Source: Acidimicrobiia bacterium
Lineage (GTDB): Bacteria > Actinomycetota > Acidimicrobiia > Acidimicrobiales > Aldehydirespiratoraceae
NCBI GenBank assembly: GCA_024421095.1
Contig: JAHQYM010000003.1
Coordinates: 1-58,569 of the forward strand
DNA length: 58,569 bases
Reading direction: 5' to 3'
Below, piece after piece: positions 49,476 through 57,601 of this stretch; within the stretch, counting starts at the first letter, position 1, and every line of letters starts with the position of its first letter. The notes under the pieces are model-generated. The model saw nothing but the letters and a program-made list of their open reading frames with translations. It was not told the origin of the DNA and made no database searches. The translations under genes were made by a program, and so were the position numbers.

Positions 49476-50255
49476 TTATCTGCCCGACTCGCTAAACTTT
49501 CGTAGTTTGCGGACACGATTTCGAACGCCCCAGACACGATCTTGAACACTCCACCAAGTCACCAACCAAAGAGCCTCAACGATGATACGCGTCGACATTT
49601 TGGACTCGCCAGCCACACGGTCAACAAAGGCGATCGGTACCTCAGCAACCGAACCGCCGAGAGCAACAATGCGACGAACCATCTCTATCTGAAAGCCATA
49701 GCCCTCGGATCGTACCTCGTCAAGGTCAATCTTCTCCAAAGTCGCTGCCCGGTAGACGCGATAACCGCTCGTTGCATCCAACACGGGCAAGCCGAGCATC
49801 AGCCGAGCCCATTGGTTGCCCCAGCGCGATAGCAAGAGGCGATACCACGACCATTGCGGAATCGAACCTCCCGGGACGTAACGGCTACCAATAACCAAAC
49901 CGTAGTGCTGCTCAGCGGATTCAAGGTGCTCAAGCAACTGCGGCAACACGTTAGGGTCATGCGACAGATCGCTGTCCATTGCCACTAGAGCATCGAAACC
50001 CTGTTCAAGACCGCGCCGGAACCCATCAAGACAAGCCGACCCAAACCCCAGTTTGTGGGTGCGTCGCAAAAGTTCTACACCCACGAACTCCGAAGCCAAA
50101 GCCTCGACCACCTGCGCGGTGCCGTCAGGAGAGGCATCATCTACCACAAGCACTCCCGCATCGGAGCACGCTTGATGCAAGCGCTGAATCACTTCAGCGA
50201 TATTGGGCGCTTCGTTATATGTTGGCAGAATCACAAGCACACGCACCGAAAGCAC
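49476..50255 (-). CDS. ppm1: polyprenol-phosphate mannosyltransferase (GT2, Ppm1/DPM1-like)
   Basis: VILPTYNEAPNI, VVDDASPDGT and MDSDLSHDP motifs. Confidence 0.88.
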   Translation of the reverse strand: MLSVRVLVILPTYNEAPNIAEVIQRLHQACSDAGVLVVDDASPDGTAQVVEALASEFVGVELLRRTHKLGFGSACLDGFRRGLEQGFDALVAMDSDLSHDPNVLPQLLEHLESAEQHYGLVIGSRYVPGGSIPQWSWYRLLLSRWGNQWARLMLGLPVLDATSGYRVYRAATLEKIDLDEVRSEGYGFQIEMVRRIVALGGSVAEVPIAFVDRVAGESKMSTRIIVEALWLVTWWSVQDRVWGVRNRVRKLRKFSESGR

Positions 50256-50317
50256 TGTAGGCGCGCCGACTCAGAAAACGTCGGCAGGTGCTATCGGAGT
50301 CGGGTAAGATTGTGCAT

Positions 50318-50602
50318 ATGACCGCTACTTCGTCACCTAGCAGAACCGCCCGAGTGTTGGCTGTGCTAGCGATTCTGCTGAGTGGGCTTTGCGGCGGATT
50401 TATTGGTTACCGTGTAACTATCCTGCAATGCAGCGAAGGTTGCACCACGTTAGCGGGTTTTGTGGGTTTGCTTAGCGCAGTTGGTTGCGCGATCGGCGTG
50501 GCAATCGTTGCGGTTTTGGCCTTGCGTGCGTCTGGCGAATGGAACGCAAAGCAAGTCCACCAGAGCGACCAAAGCGACAATCTGAAACACCGGTCTACCT
50601 AA
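50318..50602 (+). CDS. small membrane protein (2 TM), hypothetical
   Basis: Hydrophobic segments VLAVLAILLSGLCGGFIGY and FVGLLSAVGCAIGVAIVAVLAL. ATG at 50318 is preferred within the ORF 50288-50602. Confidence 0.5.
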   Translation: MTATSSPSRTARVLAVLAILLSGLCGGFIGYRVTILQCSEGCTTLAGFVGLLSAVGCAIGVAIVAVLALRASGEWNAKQVHQSDQSDNLKHRST

Positions 50603-50629
50603 CCCTCAATATTGTGGAACACTGACGCT

Positions 50630-51310
50630 GTGAGCACACGAATATTAACCGTTGAAGACGATGAGCGAATACGCATGTCGGTGCGTTTGGCATTGGAAGA
50701 CGAAGGCTACGAAGTAGCGGAAGCCGAATCGGGTGAAGATGCGCTATTGGCATTCGGCCAGAACCCCGCTGACGTGGTTTTGATCGACATCATGTTGCCG
50801 GGCATGGATGGATTTGAGGTGTGCCGTTCAATCCGCAAAATCTCTGACGTGCCAATCGTTATGGTGACCGCTAGAGCCGACACACACGATGTGGTTGCCG
50901 GTCTCGAAGCCGGCGCAGACGACTATCTCACCAAACCCCACGCACCCAAAGAACTCGCCGCACGGATACGAGCGTTGCTGCGCAGAGTGCGTACCTCAGA
51001 TCCCGCCACGCAACATTTAGTGTTCGCCGAACTTGAGATTATCCCCGATGAAGGTTTGGTACGGGTTAACGGTGCGGAAGTACGTCTCACCAAAACTGAA
51101 TTTCGTCTGCTCGTGGAACTCGCTTCGCCCGCTGGGCGTGTCTTTAGCCGAGAGTTGCTGCTTGAGAAGGTCTGGGGGCGTGACTATTTTGGCGATGGAC
51201 GGCTGGTGGATGTGCATATTCGGAGGCTTCGCACGAAAATCGAAACCGACCCAGCCAACCCAAAACACGTTGTTACCGTGCGCGGTTTGGGTTACAAACT
51301 CCAAGCCTAG
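50630..51310 (+). CDS. mtrA: OmpR-family response regulator, MtrA-like
   Basis: RILTVEDDE, phospho-acceptor context VLIDIMLPGMDG, and a winged-helix C-terminus (VRGLGYKL). The start is GTG 50630 or TTG 50612. Confidence 0.85.
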   Translation: MSTRILTVEDDERIRMSVRLALEDEGYEVAEAESGEDALLAFGQNPADVVLIDIMLPGMDGFEVCRSIRKISDVPIVMVTARADTHDVVAGLEAGADDYLTKPHAPKELAARIRALLRRVRTSDPATQHLVFAELEIIPDEGLVRVNGAEVRLTKTEFRLLVELASPAGRVFSRELLLEKVWGRDYFGDGRLVDVHIRRLRTKIETDPANPKHVVTVRGLGYKLQA

Positions 51311-51319
51311 TCAGCTGCG

Positions 51320-52729
51320 ATGATGACTCGCTGGGAACGCCTTGGCCTGCGGGCGAGGATTACTTTGCTCTTTGCGTTGGGGGGGTTGCTCCTAGCCACC
51401 ACTATTGGTTTGTTGACCTTGACTCTGACCCGACGCAGCCTGCTAGTGGAACGTGACGCTGCCGCTTTGGCATCGTTCGCCGAAAACGGGCAACGGTTCC
51501 AACGCCAAGTCGGAGATGACCCGTCGGCTGAAGGCGTGGCCGCCATTTTGGAATCTTTGACGACCACTTCAGGGGCTTTACCGTTGGTGCGTTTCCGTGA
51601 CGAATGGGTGGGTTTGAACCTGTTGGTGTTCAGCGAAGAAACGGTACCAGCCACGCTACTGGAGTTGGTGGCTGAAGCTTCGGCTGGCCGCACTCGGGTT
51701 ACTTTGAACGGAGAACCGGCGATAGTAAGCGGCGTGGCTTTACCGGGACGAGACGCGGCATATTTCGAGGCGGTTCTGATAGGCGAAGTTGACGACACGC
51801 TCAGTTCATTGGGATTGATTTTGCTGGTTGTGGGCACAGTCACGACCCTAGTAGCAGCCGGTTTTGGCTTATGGGCTTCGCGACGCGCGTTGACCCCTTT
51901 AGCAGACATCAGCAGCGCCGCCGAATCGCTCGCCGCTGGTGAATTGCAAACACGGTTAAAACCTCCGGCCGATGCTGATTTGGCTTCTCTGTCGGCTTCG
52001 TTCAATGGGATGGCCCAATCCCTCGAAGACCGCATCGAACGCGACACCCGCTTTGCTTCAGAGGTTAGTCACGAGTTGCGTTCGCCCTTGATGACCTTCA
52101 GCGCCTCTATTGAAGTGCTCAACAACGACCGTGAACATATGTCGACACGAAGCCAGACTGCTTTGGCTTTGTTGACTGACGACATCGCTCGCTTCACTCA
52201 ACTCGTTGAAAACTTGCTTGAGATCAGCGGATATGATGTGGGCACCGCTGCTCTGCAGGCCGAACCAGTATTTTTGGCCGAATTTGTCCGCCACGCGATC
52301 AGTTATTCAACCAGGCCTGACGTCGATTTATCCGTGAGTAGCGAGGGTGAAGGTTTGGTGGTTGTTGCTGATAAGCGGCGTTTAGCACAGGTTATTGCCA
52401 ACCTTATTGACAATGCCGACAAATACGGTGGGGGAAATATTGAAGTCGAAATCGCGAGCGAAAAAGATTTGGCGTTCTTGGTCGTGCAAGACCACGGCCC
52501 GGGGGTTCCTGTGAGCGAGAGAAAGGTGATTTTCGACCGGTTCAGTCGCGGTAGTTCTGGAGGACGACGCGGGCATCACAGCGGTACTGGATTAGGGTTG
52601 GCATTAGTTTCAGAACACGTGCGTTTGCATTCTGGAACGGTGTGGGTTGAAGAGCGCCTTGACGGGTTACCGGGGGCGCGCATGGTGGTGGCACTACCGA
52701 TTAGCGTTGAGAAGGAAGACTACCAATGA
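51320..52729 (+). CDS. mtrB: sensor histidine kinase, MtrB-like
   Basis: Two TM helices, HAMP, H-box FASEVSHELRSPL, N-box IDNADKYG, G-box GTGLGLAL. Confidence 0.85.
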   Translation: MMTRWERLGLRARITLLFALGGLLLATTIGLLTLTLTRRSLLVERDAAALASFAENGQRFQRQVGDDPSAEGVAAILESLTTTSGALPLVRFRDEWVGLNLLVFSEETVPATLLELVAEASAGRTRVTLNGEPAIVSGVALPGRDAAYFEAVLIGEVDDTLSSLGLILLVVGTVTTLVAAGFGLWASRRALTPLADISSAAESLAAGELQTRLKPPADADLASLSASFNGMAQSLEDRIERDTRFASEVSHELRSPLMTFSASIEVLNNDREHMSTRSQTALALLTDDIARFTQLVENLLEISGYDVGTAALQAEPVFLAEFVRHAISYSTRPDVDLSVSSEGEGLVVVADKRRLAQVIANLIDNADKYGGGNIEVEIASEKDLAFLVVQDHGPGVPVSERKVIFDRFSRGSSGGRRGHHSGTGLGLALVSEHVRLHSGTVWVEERLDGLPGARMVVALPISVEKEDYQ

Positions 52730-53376
52730 GGCCTCGTTGGGTGAGTATGGCGAACCGTGTGCGGTTGCTGTTGGTGACGGGATTCGGGTTGATTCTAGCA
52801 TTGTTGAGTGTTGCTTGTTCGGTTCCTACTGGCGGGTCAGCAACCGAAATTCCTGTTGGCGACCTACCCGAGAACCTGCGGCCTGGTTACACGACCACCA
52901 CTACCACCTCTCCAGTGTTGCCAACCGAACCCGCCACTTTCTACCTGATCGACCAGGTCGAATCTACTGTTGTTCCGGTCGTTCGTGAGATTCGCCCATT
53001 TAGCACTAGCGCGGGTCGGTTGCGGCCACTCTTCGACGAGTTCCGCACTGAAGAGGAACGAAATAATGGTCTGGTTAATCAACTCCTTGAGTTTGATTTA
53101 CTGAGCGCTACGCGTGACAGAGACCTTTTGACGATCAACATCACCCAAGATGACCCTGAAGCTGACGTGAGCCCAATATTGTTGGAAGCTGTGGCGCAAC
53201 TCGTTTGGACGGCAACCGAACCGGGTTCCAACGTCAGCCGGGTACGAGTTCTAATCGATTCGCAACGTCAAGCCTTACCTACAAGCGCCGAAACTACCGA
53301 TGAAGACCAAACCGTAGACCGCAGCAATTACGCTTCCTTCAGTCCATTGACTGATACAACAACCGAAGCCCCGTGA
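52726..53376 (+). CDS. GerMN-domain lipoprotein, short LpqB-like
   Basis: Lipobox LLSVAC-S. ATGA overlap with the kinase stop, in the position LpqB occupies in mtrAB-lpqB operons. Only 216 aa. Confidence 0.65.
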   Translation: MRPRWVSMANRVRLLLVTGFGLILALLSVACSVPTGGSATEIPVGDLPENLRPGYTTTTTTSPVLPTEPATFYLIDQVESTVVPVVREIRPFSTSAGRLRPLFDEFRTEEERNNGLVNQLLEFDLLSATRDRDLLTINITQDDPEADVSPILLEAVAQLVWTATEPGSNVSRVRVLIDSQRQALPTSAETTDEDQTVDRSNYASFSPLTDTTTEAP

Positions 53377-53438
53377 GAAATCTGTTTCATTTGTGCAAAA
53401 CGGCTAGTTTTGAGCGCCGGTTTCTTCCACGAATCGAA

Positions 53439-54146
53439 TTATCCGAATCTGCTTCGGACAGCGAAATCCTGAGTTGTCCGCTCGGTGCGGCGTTCCAAAG
53501 CACCGACTAAACGTTCCGCCAACACCCTTTCCCCGATTCCGCAGAGTTGGTCGGCAAGTTCGGGGCGCGACTTCGCGAACACACCTGCCTTGCTCAGCGC
53601 TGCCCGACTCAGCGATGTCAGCATCGAAAGCTCCAAGTCCGCCGCAGCATCGGTGTCACCAATCTCGACTAGCTTCTCGTAGAGACCCTCAGCCCGCCGC
53701 GCGCGTGCGAGCGCATCAGACACCGACGGCAGCGAGAGCCGATCCTTCCACCCCGAACGAAGTGTCGTCCACCATTCGCAGCGTTCAAACAACACCCGCC
53801 CATAGCGCACGGTCCAAGACAGGTAGTCGTGACACGCGGCCAGATTCTGCAACACCTCGTCCCGTTCGTACAACCTCAGATCTACCGAGATCGGCTCGCG
53901 TGGAAGAACCGGCCGAGAACCTCGGTAAACCAGAACTAGGTCAAGATCGTCGCTGCGTTCGACATCGCGAACCGACGAACCGGTCGCCACAATCGCCTCC
54001 ACCGCCTCTTTTCTGCTTGAACTCGCAACGGCTTCATAGGTCCAGACGCGAGCTGCTTCGTCCGGCCACCTCCGCACGACATCCGCCAGATCCTCTACCT
54101 CCAACACTGTGCTAGACACTCGTTGCACAACCACTTGCTGACTCAT
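53439..54146 (-). CDS. minimal nucleotidyltransferase (MNT-like) fused to a helical, HEPN/KNTase-C-like domain
   Basis: NTase motif ATGSSVRDVERSDDLDLVLVY (G[GS]-x9-13-D-x-D). The C-terminal roughly 120 aa is all-helical. Confidence 0.65.
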   Translation of the reverse strand: MSQQVVVQRVSSTVLEVEDLADVVRRWPDEAARVWTYEAVASSSRKEAVEAIVATGSSVRDVERSDDLDLVLVYRGSRPVLPREPISVDLRLYERDEVLQNLAACHDYLSWTVRYGRVLFERCEWWTTLRSGWKDRLSLPSVSDALARARRAEGLYEKLVEIGDTDAAADLELSMLTSLSRAALSKAGVFAKSRPELADQLCGIGERVLAERLVGALERRTERTTQDFAVRSRFG

Positions 54147-54534
54147 AGCACAAGTTTCCCGATTCGTTCAACGTACGTCTCAATCTCCTCAGCGACCACC
54201 TCCGGATCAAGATTGTCGGGACGGTCGACATCGCCGTACGCTTCGTGCTTACGCATCGTGTTCAAATCTACGAGCAAGTTCTCAATCGCGGGCAAGCCAT
54301 ACTCGACGGCAAGATACCTAGACTCTTCCACCTTGCACCAGTGGTTCCTAGGACGTGGCCGTTTCAATTGAAGAGCCGCCGCCACAACGCAAGCTTCAAG
54401 GCAGTAAATCCAAACGTCGACAGTTCAAGCCAGTCGGTCGGGTCGTAAGCCGCAACAGCCACTCGCTCCAGATGATTCAACGCCAAGTTGAACGATTCCT
54501 CTGCTGTTTGTGCGATCGGATACCTCCACACCAA
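54143..54534 (-). pseudogene. HEPN-domain gene apparently split by one frameshift (or two small ORFs)
   Basis: The 5' part reads AQTAEESFNLALNHLERVAVAAYDPTDWLELSTFGFTALKLAL (about 54531-54390) and then hits a stop. The 3' part, one frame over, reads VAAALQLKRPRPRNH...LNTMRKHEAYGD...DPEVVAEEIETYVERIGKLV (54385-54143). Joined, they match the HEPN layout. The 3' ORF overlaps the NTase start by 4 nt. Confidence 0.5.
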
Positions 54535-54797
54535 TCAAATCGGGTGCATAAATAATATTACCCCAAGTATCGGAGAGGAAGAGCCCAACGATTCCTGCTA
54601 TCTGCTAGCAGAAACCCGCCGGACGTGGTGGTGTCTGTTGTCATTGGGATTGTTTGACATTGTCTCGAAGTCAGACAAGGTGCTTAACTACCGCACTGGT
54701 GGCCAAACGCACGACTTAGCGAAACCAATGTTTGGCCTGAGCTACCGGTGCCAACCCCTTATTGACCGAAGAATCGACCTGCGACCATTCAGCGAAT

Positions 54798-56030
54798 TCA
54801 TGAATCCAAGGCTTCCGCCCAGCGATTCAAATGGTCTGTAGGAATTCTCAGGTGGGACGGTAGCCTATTCCTTAGATTATCACAGCGGGACGAATCAGCC
54901 CGAAGCGTGTCGCGCAAGTCTGGAAGACTTGCACTATTAGCGATTTCAATCTCCCATGCACGCGCCAACGCGAAATGTCTTTTGAGTTCATGATAGGTTA
55001 ATTCAGTCGGGAGTCGACCTCCTCTGCAAACACTACACTCGCACGCAAAGGCGGGATCTGCCTCCACTATGGCTGATGCCGTGGCTGTGGAAACGTATGC
55101 GTGCAGTTTTCTTACGTAGTAGCGAGCAGGAGCAGCTCCGGTCGAATCCAGAGTTGGCCATTCACGAGATTCACTATACCCAAGACCATTATTGAAGCCA
55201 GCGAGTCCGAACTTACCCAGCAATATACTAAAATACCCACCATAAAGATTGAACAAATCATATTCCTCGTTCAGATCAGCGACAACCGATCTTACCTGAA
55301 CAAGTGAATGCAACGATGCTTGCTTTTCATCGAAGCCTGGAATCCAAAAAAACACCTTAGATGAGAGAGTGCTTGGCACCTGTTCAATCGCTTCTCTAAG
55401 CAGTGACGGGTCGCTCATTGACACCACGGGTGAGATCACTCCTGGATCATCAAGTTGTGTTGCCGCATTCCAAGTCCTACCCACAACCTTCCACCATTTA
55501 TCAGAGAAGGAGCGAACTGCAAAGTACGGACAGAGAATGTAGCTAGGTTCACGCTTTTCGTCATTTCGCTCAGTCGTACCAGAATCACCAGTCGCCTCCG
55601 CTAGGAGTTTCCTATAGCGGTTCAATTTATCTGTGATCTGTGCAGATCTTCCACCATACTGTCTCTGGAAATCAACCATCGATGTAACCATTTCTCTGCA
55701 AACATCGTCAGAATAGAATTCTGGGGAGAAATATCTGCTGTTGCCGTCTACCACCTCACCACCTTTGTTTAGATGAGCATTAACTGTCTCGCCCATTTCG
55801 GCCGCTAACGTGTAGTGGGATGCTCTGGGTGCTTGCAGCATTTCTTGGAAGAGCGGTGTCCGTGGTTCAATCATGTAATCCAATTGGGAAGAAAGCACGA
55901 AAGCCGCAGTAGCATCAGAGTAATACGATGCGATCGTTGAAGGCACTGTCAAGATATCAAAGCACTGCCTCACCTCAAGATCACGAAAGCTCGCCTGGTC
56001 AGAATTTCCGTATGCGAGGAAATGTAGCAT
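54798..56030 (-). CDS. TGT/DpdA-like putative base-exchange (transglycosylase) TIM-barrel protein
   Basis: 410 aa with an alternating beta/alpha pattern. C-terminal CECSVCRGG...YHELKRH resembles the CxCxxCR...H zinc site of tRNA-guanine transglycosylases (E. coli CDCYTCR...HH). N-terminal FLAYGNSDQASF resembles the DS..D/DSGGFQ region. The assignment comes from motifs only. Confidence 0.45.
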   Translation of the reverse strand: MLHFLAYGNSDQASFRDLEVRQCFDILTVPSTIASYYSDATAAFVLSSQLDYMIEPRTPLFQEMLQAPRASHYTLAAEMGETVNAHLNKGGEVVDGNSRYFSPEFYSDDVCREMVTSMVDFQRQYGGRSAQITDKLNRYRKLLAEATGDSGTTERNDEKREPSYILCPYFAVRSFSDKWWKVVGRTWNAATQLDDPGVISPVVSMSDPSLLREAIEQVPSTLSSKVFFWIPGFDEKQASLHSLVQVRSVVADLNEEYDLFNLYGGYFSILLGKFGLAGFNNGLGYSESREWPTLDSTGAAPARYYVRKLHAYVSTATASAIVEADPAFACECSVCRGGRLPTELTYHELKRHFALARAWEIEIANSASLPDLRDTLRADSSRCDNLRNRLPSHLRIPTDHLNRWAEALDS

Positions 56031-56467
56031 TACCGCTCCATTCGACCGTTGTTTAGCAGCGAAAGTTCACCCATTTGAAGTTCACTTAGACGCTGACGAA
56101 GATGCTTTGACGGTTGCGCCGGACCTGCTTCCTGCACTATGTGCGTTGACCCGTTGTCAATAGCGATCACACCAATATCAAAGCGGGCAGCTTCGAAACG
56201 TCTTTCTTCGGTCACGCTCTTGGCTGGCAAAGCGACAAAAACAAGGTCCACACAATACCGGTGCAAATACGCTTGCGCTAAGAGCCGGTTCCAGTGCGAT
56301 AGTTTCACCTCAATGCCGATGAGTGTGGCCGGTGTTCGCACCAAGATATCCATTCTAGCTTGATCGTGGCACCGCACTTCTGTTTGGCTCGTTGCCTCTG
56401 CGCCCCAGAGATCTGAAACACGACTGCATAAATCCGACACCAGACAGGCTTCAGTCTTGTACTCCAT
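56030..56467 (-). CDS. PD-(D/E)xK-fold nuclease-like protein
   Basis: Core RMDILV...LIGIEVKLSHW..LLAQA (D...E-x-K). The ATG at 56467 follows an AGGAG that contains the upstream gene's TAG stop. Its own stop shares 1 nt with the next start (TAATG). Confidence 0.55.
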   Translation of the reverse strand: MEYKTEACLVSDLCSRVSDLWGAEATSQTEVRCHDQARMDILVRTPATLIGIEVKLSHWNRLLAQAYLHRYCVDLVFVALPAKSVTEERRFEAARFDIGVIAIDNGSTHIVQEAGPAQPSKHLRQRLSELQMGELSLLNNGRMER

Positions 56468-56475
56468 CGAAACTC

Positions 56476-57045
56476 CTACTTCCATGTTTCCTGTAATATT
56501 GACTGAAGGTGGCACTCTGATCTCCACCTTGAGAACGCCGAAAATGCGAAGACCACTCCTGAAGCTGCGGCAACCAAGAGTGCCACCAGACTGAAATAGC
56601 CGTATTCGATTGGCTCATCCCTCAACCAATCAGCCAAAGGAAGTAACGCACCTATCAATGCTAGCGACCCGATGATCGACGAGATCGTTTGGACAGCTCG
56701 GGCACGTAAGAGCTTCTGAGGATACACCTGCAATTCAAGTAATGCACAAAAAAGGGTTGATAGAGCTTGCACGACATGTGGATTATCGAATATCAACGCT
56801 AACTCCCGTCTGAGTCTTTCTTCATCACTGAGACTGATGTAGATTCTCCTAGTCGGTAATAAGTTAGTTACCAACGAATCTAATATCTGAGACCGAATTG
56901 CGACTCGAAGTTTCTGGAGCCTCTCATTCTGAGAGAGTCTAGCTTGTTCAGCTTCTCGCCTATGCTTACGCCAAAGAAGAATAGTTGAGACAACCGTGCA
57001 GGCTGAAGCGACGAAAAAATATCCAATCTGTGCTTCGTTTGACAT
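56476..57045 (-). CDS. 3-TM membrane protein, hypothetical
   Basis: TM1 IGYFFVASACTVVSTILLW, a roughly 90-aa helical loop, TM2 VQTISSIIGSLALIGALLPL, TM3 YFSLVALLVAAASGVVFAFSAF. ATG at 57045 is preferred (ORF open to 57132). Confidence 0.55.
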   Translation of the reverse strand: MSNEAQIGYFFVASACTVVSTILLWRKHRREAEQARLSQNERLQKLRVAIRSQILDSLVTNLLPTRRIYISLSDEERLRRELALIFDNPHVVQALSTLFCALLELQVYPQKLLRARAVQTISSIIGSLALIGALLPLADWLRDEPIEYGYFSLVALLVAAASGVVFAFSAFSRWRSECHLQSILQETWK

Positions 57046-57064
57046 GTATGCACGTTCCAAAGGT

Positions 57065-57601
57065 TCAAGACTGCATGATCTTGTTGCGTATGATAGATTG
57101 CTCTGAATAGTCGGGATACTGACTATAGACATGAAATATCAAGTTCTGTAAGGTGAGCCCAGCATATTGATCTTTGATGCGCTTGATTTCCTCTTGAACC
57201 AGCGGATGTGATTTGGCCAAGTACTCCGCGATTATCTTACCCTTCTCTGTTAGGAGGAATTGTCGTTCGTAAGAAATTTCCGTTGTCATATCAGAATAAA
57301 GGAGTTCTTCCGCTCTATCTAGATCTGAATCCGTGAATGCACGATCCTCTCGCACTAACTCGGCCTCTTCCAGCAATTCGACAGCCTCGTAGACCTCCCG
57401 CGAATAAGGACCATAATGATATGCAATAAAACCAAACGGTTCCCGGATCGCGGTGTTGTGCTCACATTCCTTGCCTATAAGGAAGAGCAGCTTCTCAAGC
57501 CTAGTTATCCCATTGATGCGATCCACAGCTTTGCTCCACCGACTCGGAGCTGCTAGAAGCAACAGGATGAGGTCTGGGCCGATCAATTCTTCGGTGTCCA
57601 T
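57065..57601 (-). CDS. YwgA-like / Panacea(SocA, DUF4065)-like winged-helix protein
   Basis: INGITRLEKLLFL ... FGFIAYHYGPYSREVYEAVELLEEAELV parallels B. subtilis YwgA (GRKKFQKMIYI ... FHFFGPYSEEL). A strong SD (GAAGGAG) precedes the ATG. Confidence 0.55.
   Translation of the reverse strand: MDTEELIGPDLILLLLAAPSRWSKAVDRINGITRLEKLLFLIGKECEHNTAIREPFGFIAYHYGPYSREVYEAVELLEEAELVREDRAFTDSDLDRAEELLYSDMTTEISYERQFLLTEKGKIIAEYLAKSHPLVQEEIKRIKDQYAGLTLQNLIFHVYSQYPDYSEQSIIRNKIMQS

Noticed and set aside
54601-54612. 12-bp perfect palindrome TCTGCTAGCAGA, and a nearby 6-bp stem hairpin (54660-54678) downstream of the TGT-like gene, as terminator or operator
   Set aside because: The palindrome has no loop. 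The hairpin is short and is not followed by a U-tract on the transcribed strand. Evidence is insufficient.
54488-54841. 117-aa plus-strand ORF between the HEPN remnant and the TGT-like gene
   Set aside because: It has a Cys/Trp-rich odd composition and no SD. It overlaps both the HEPN 5' fragment on the other strand and the 3' end of the TGT-like gene.
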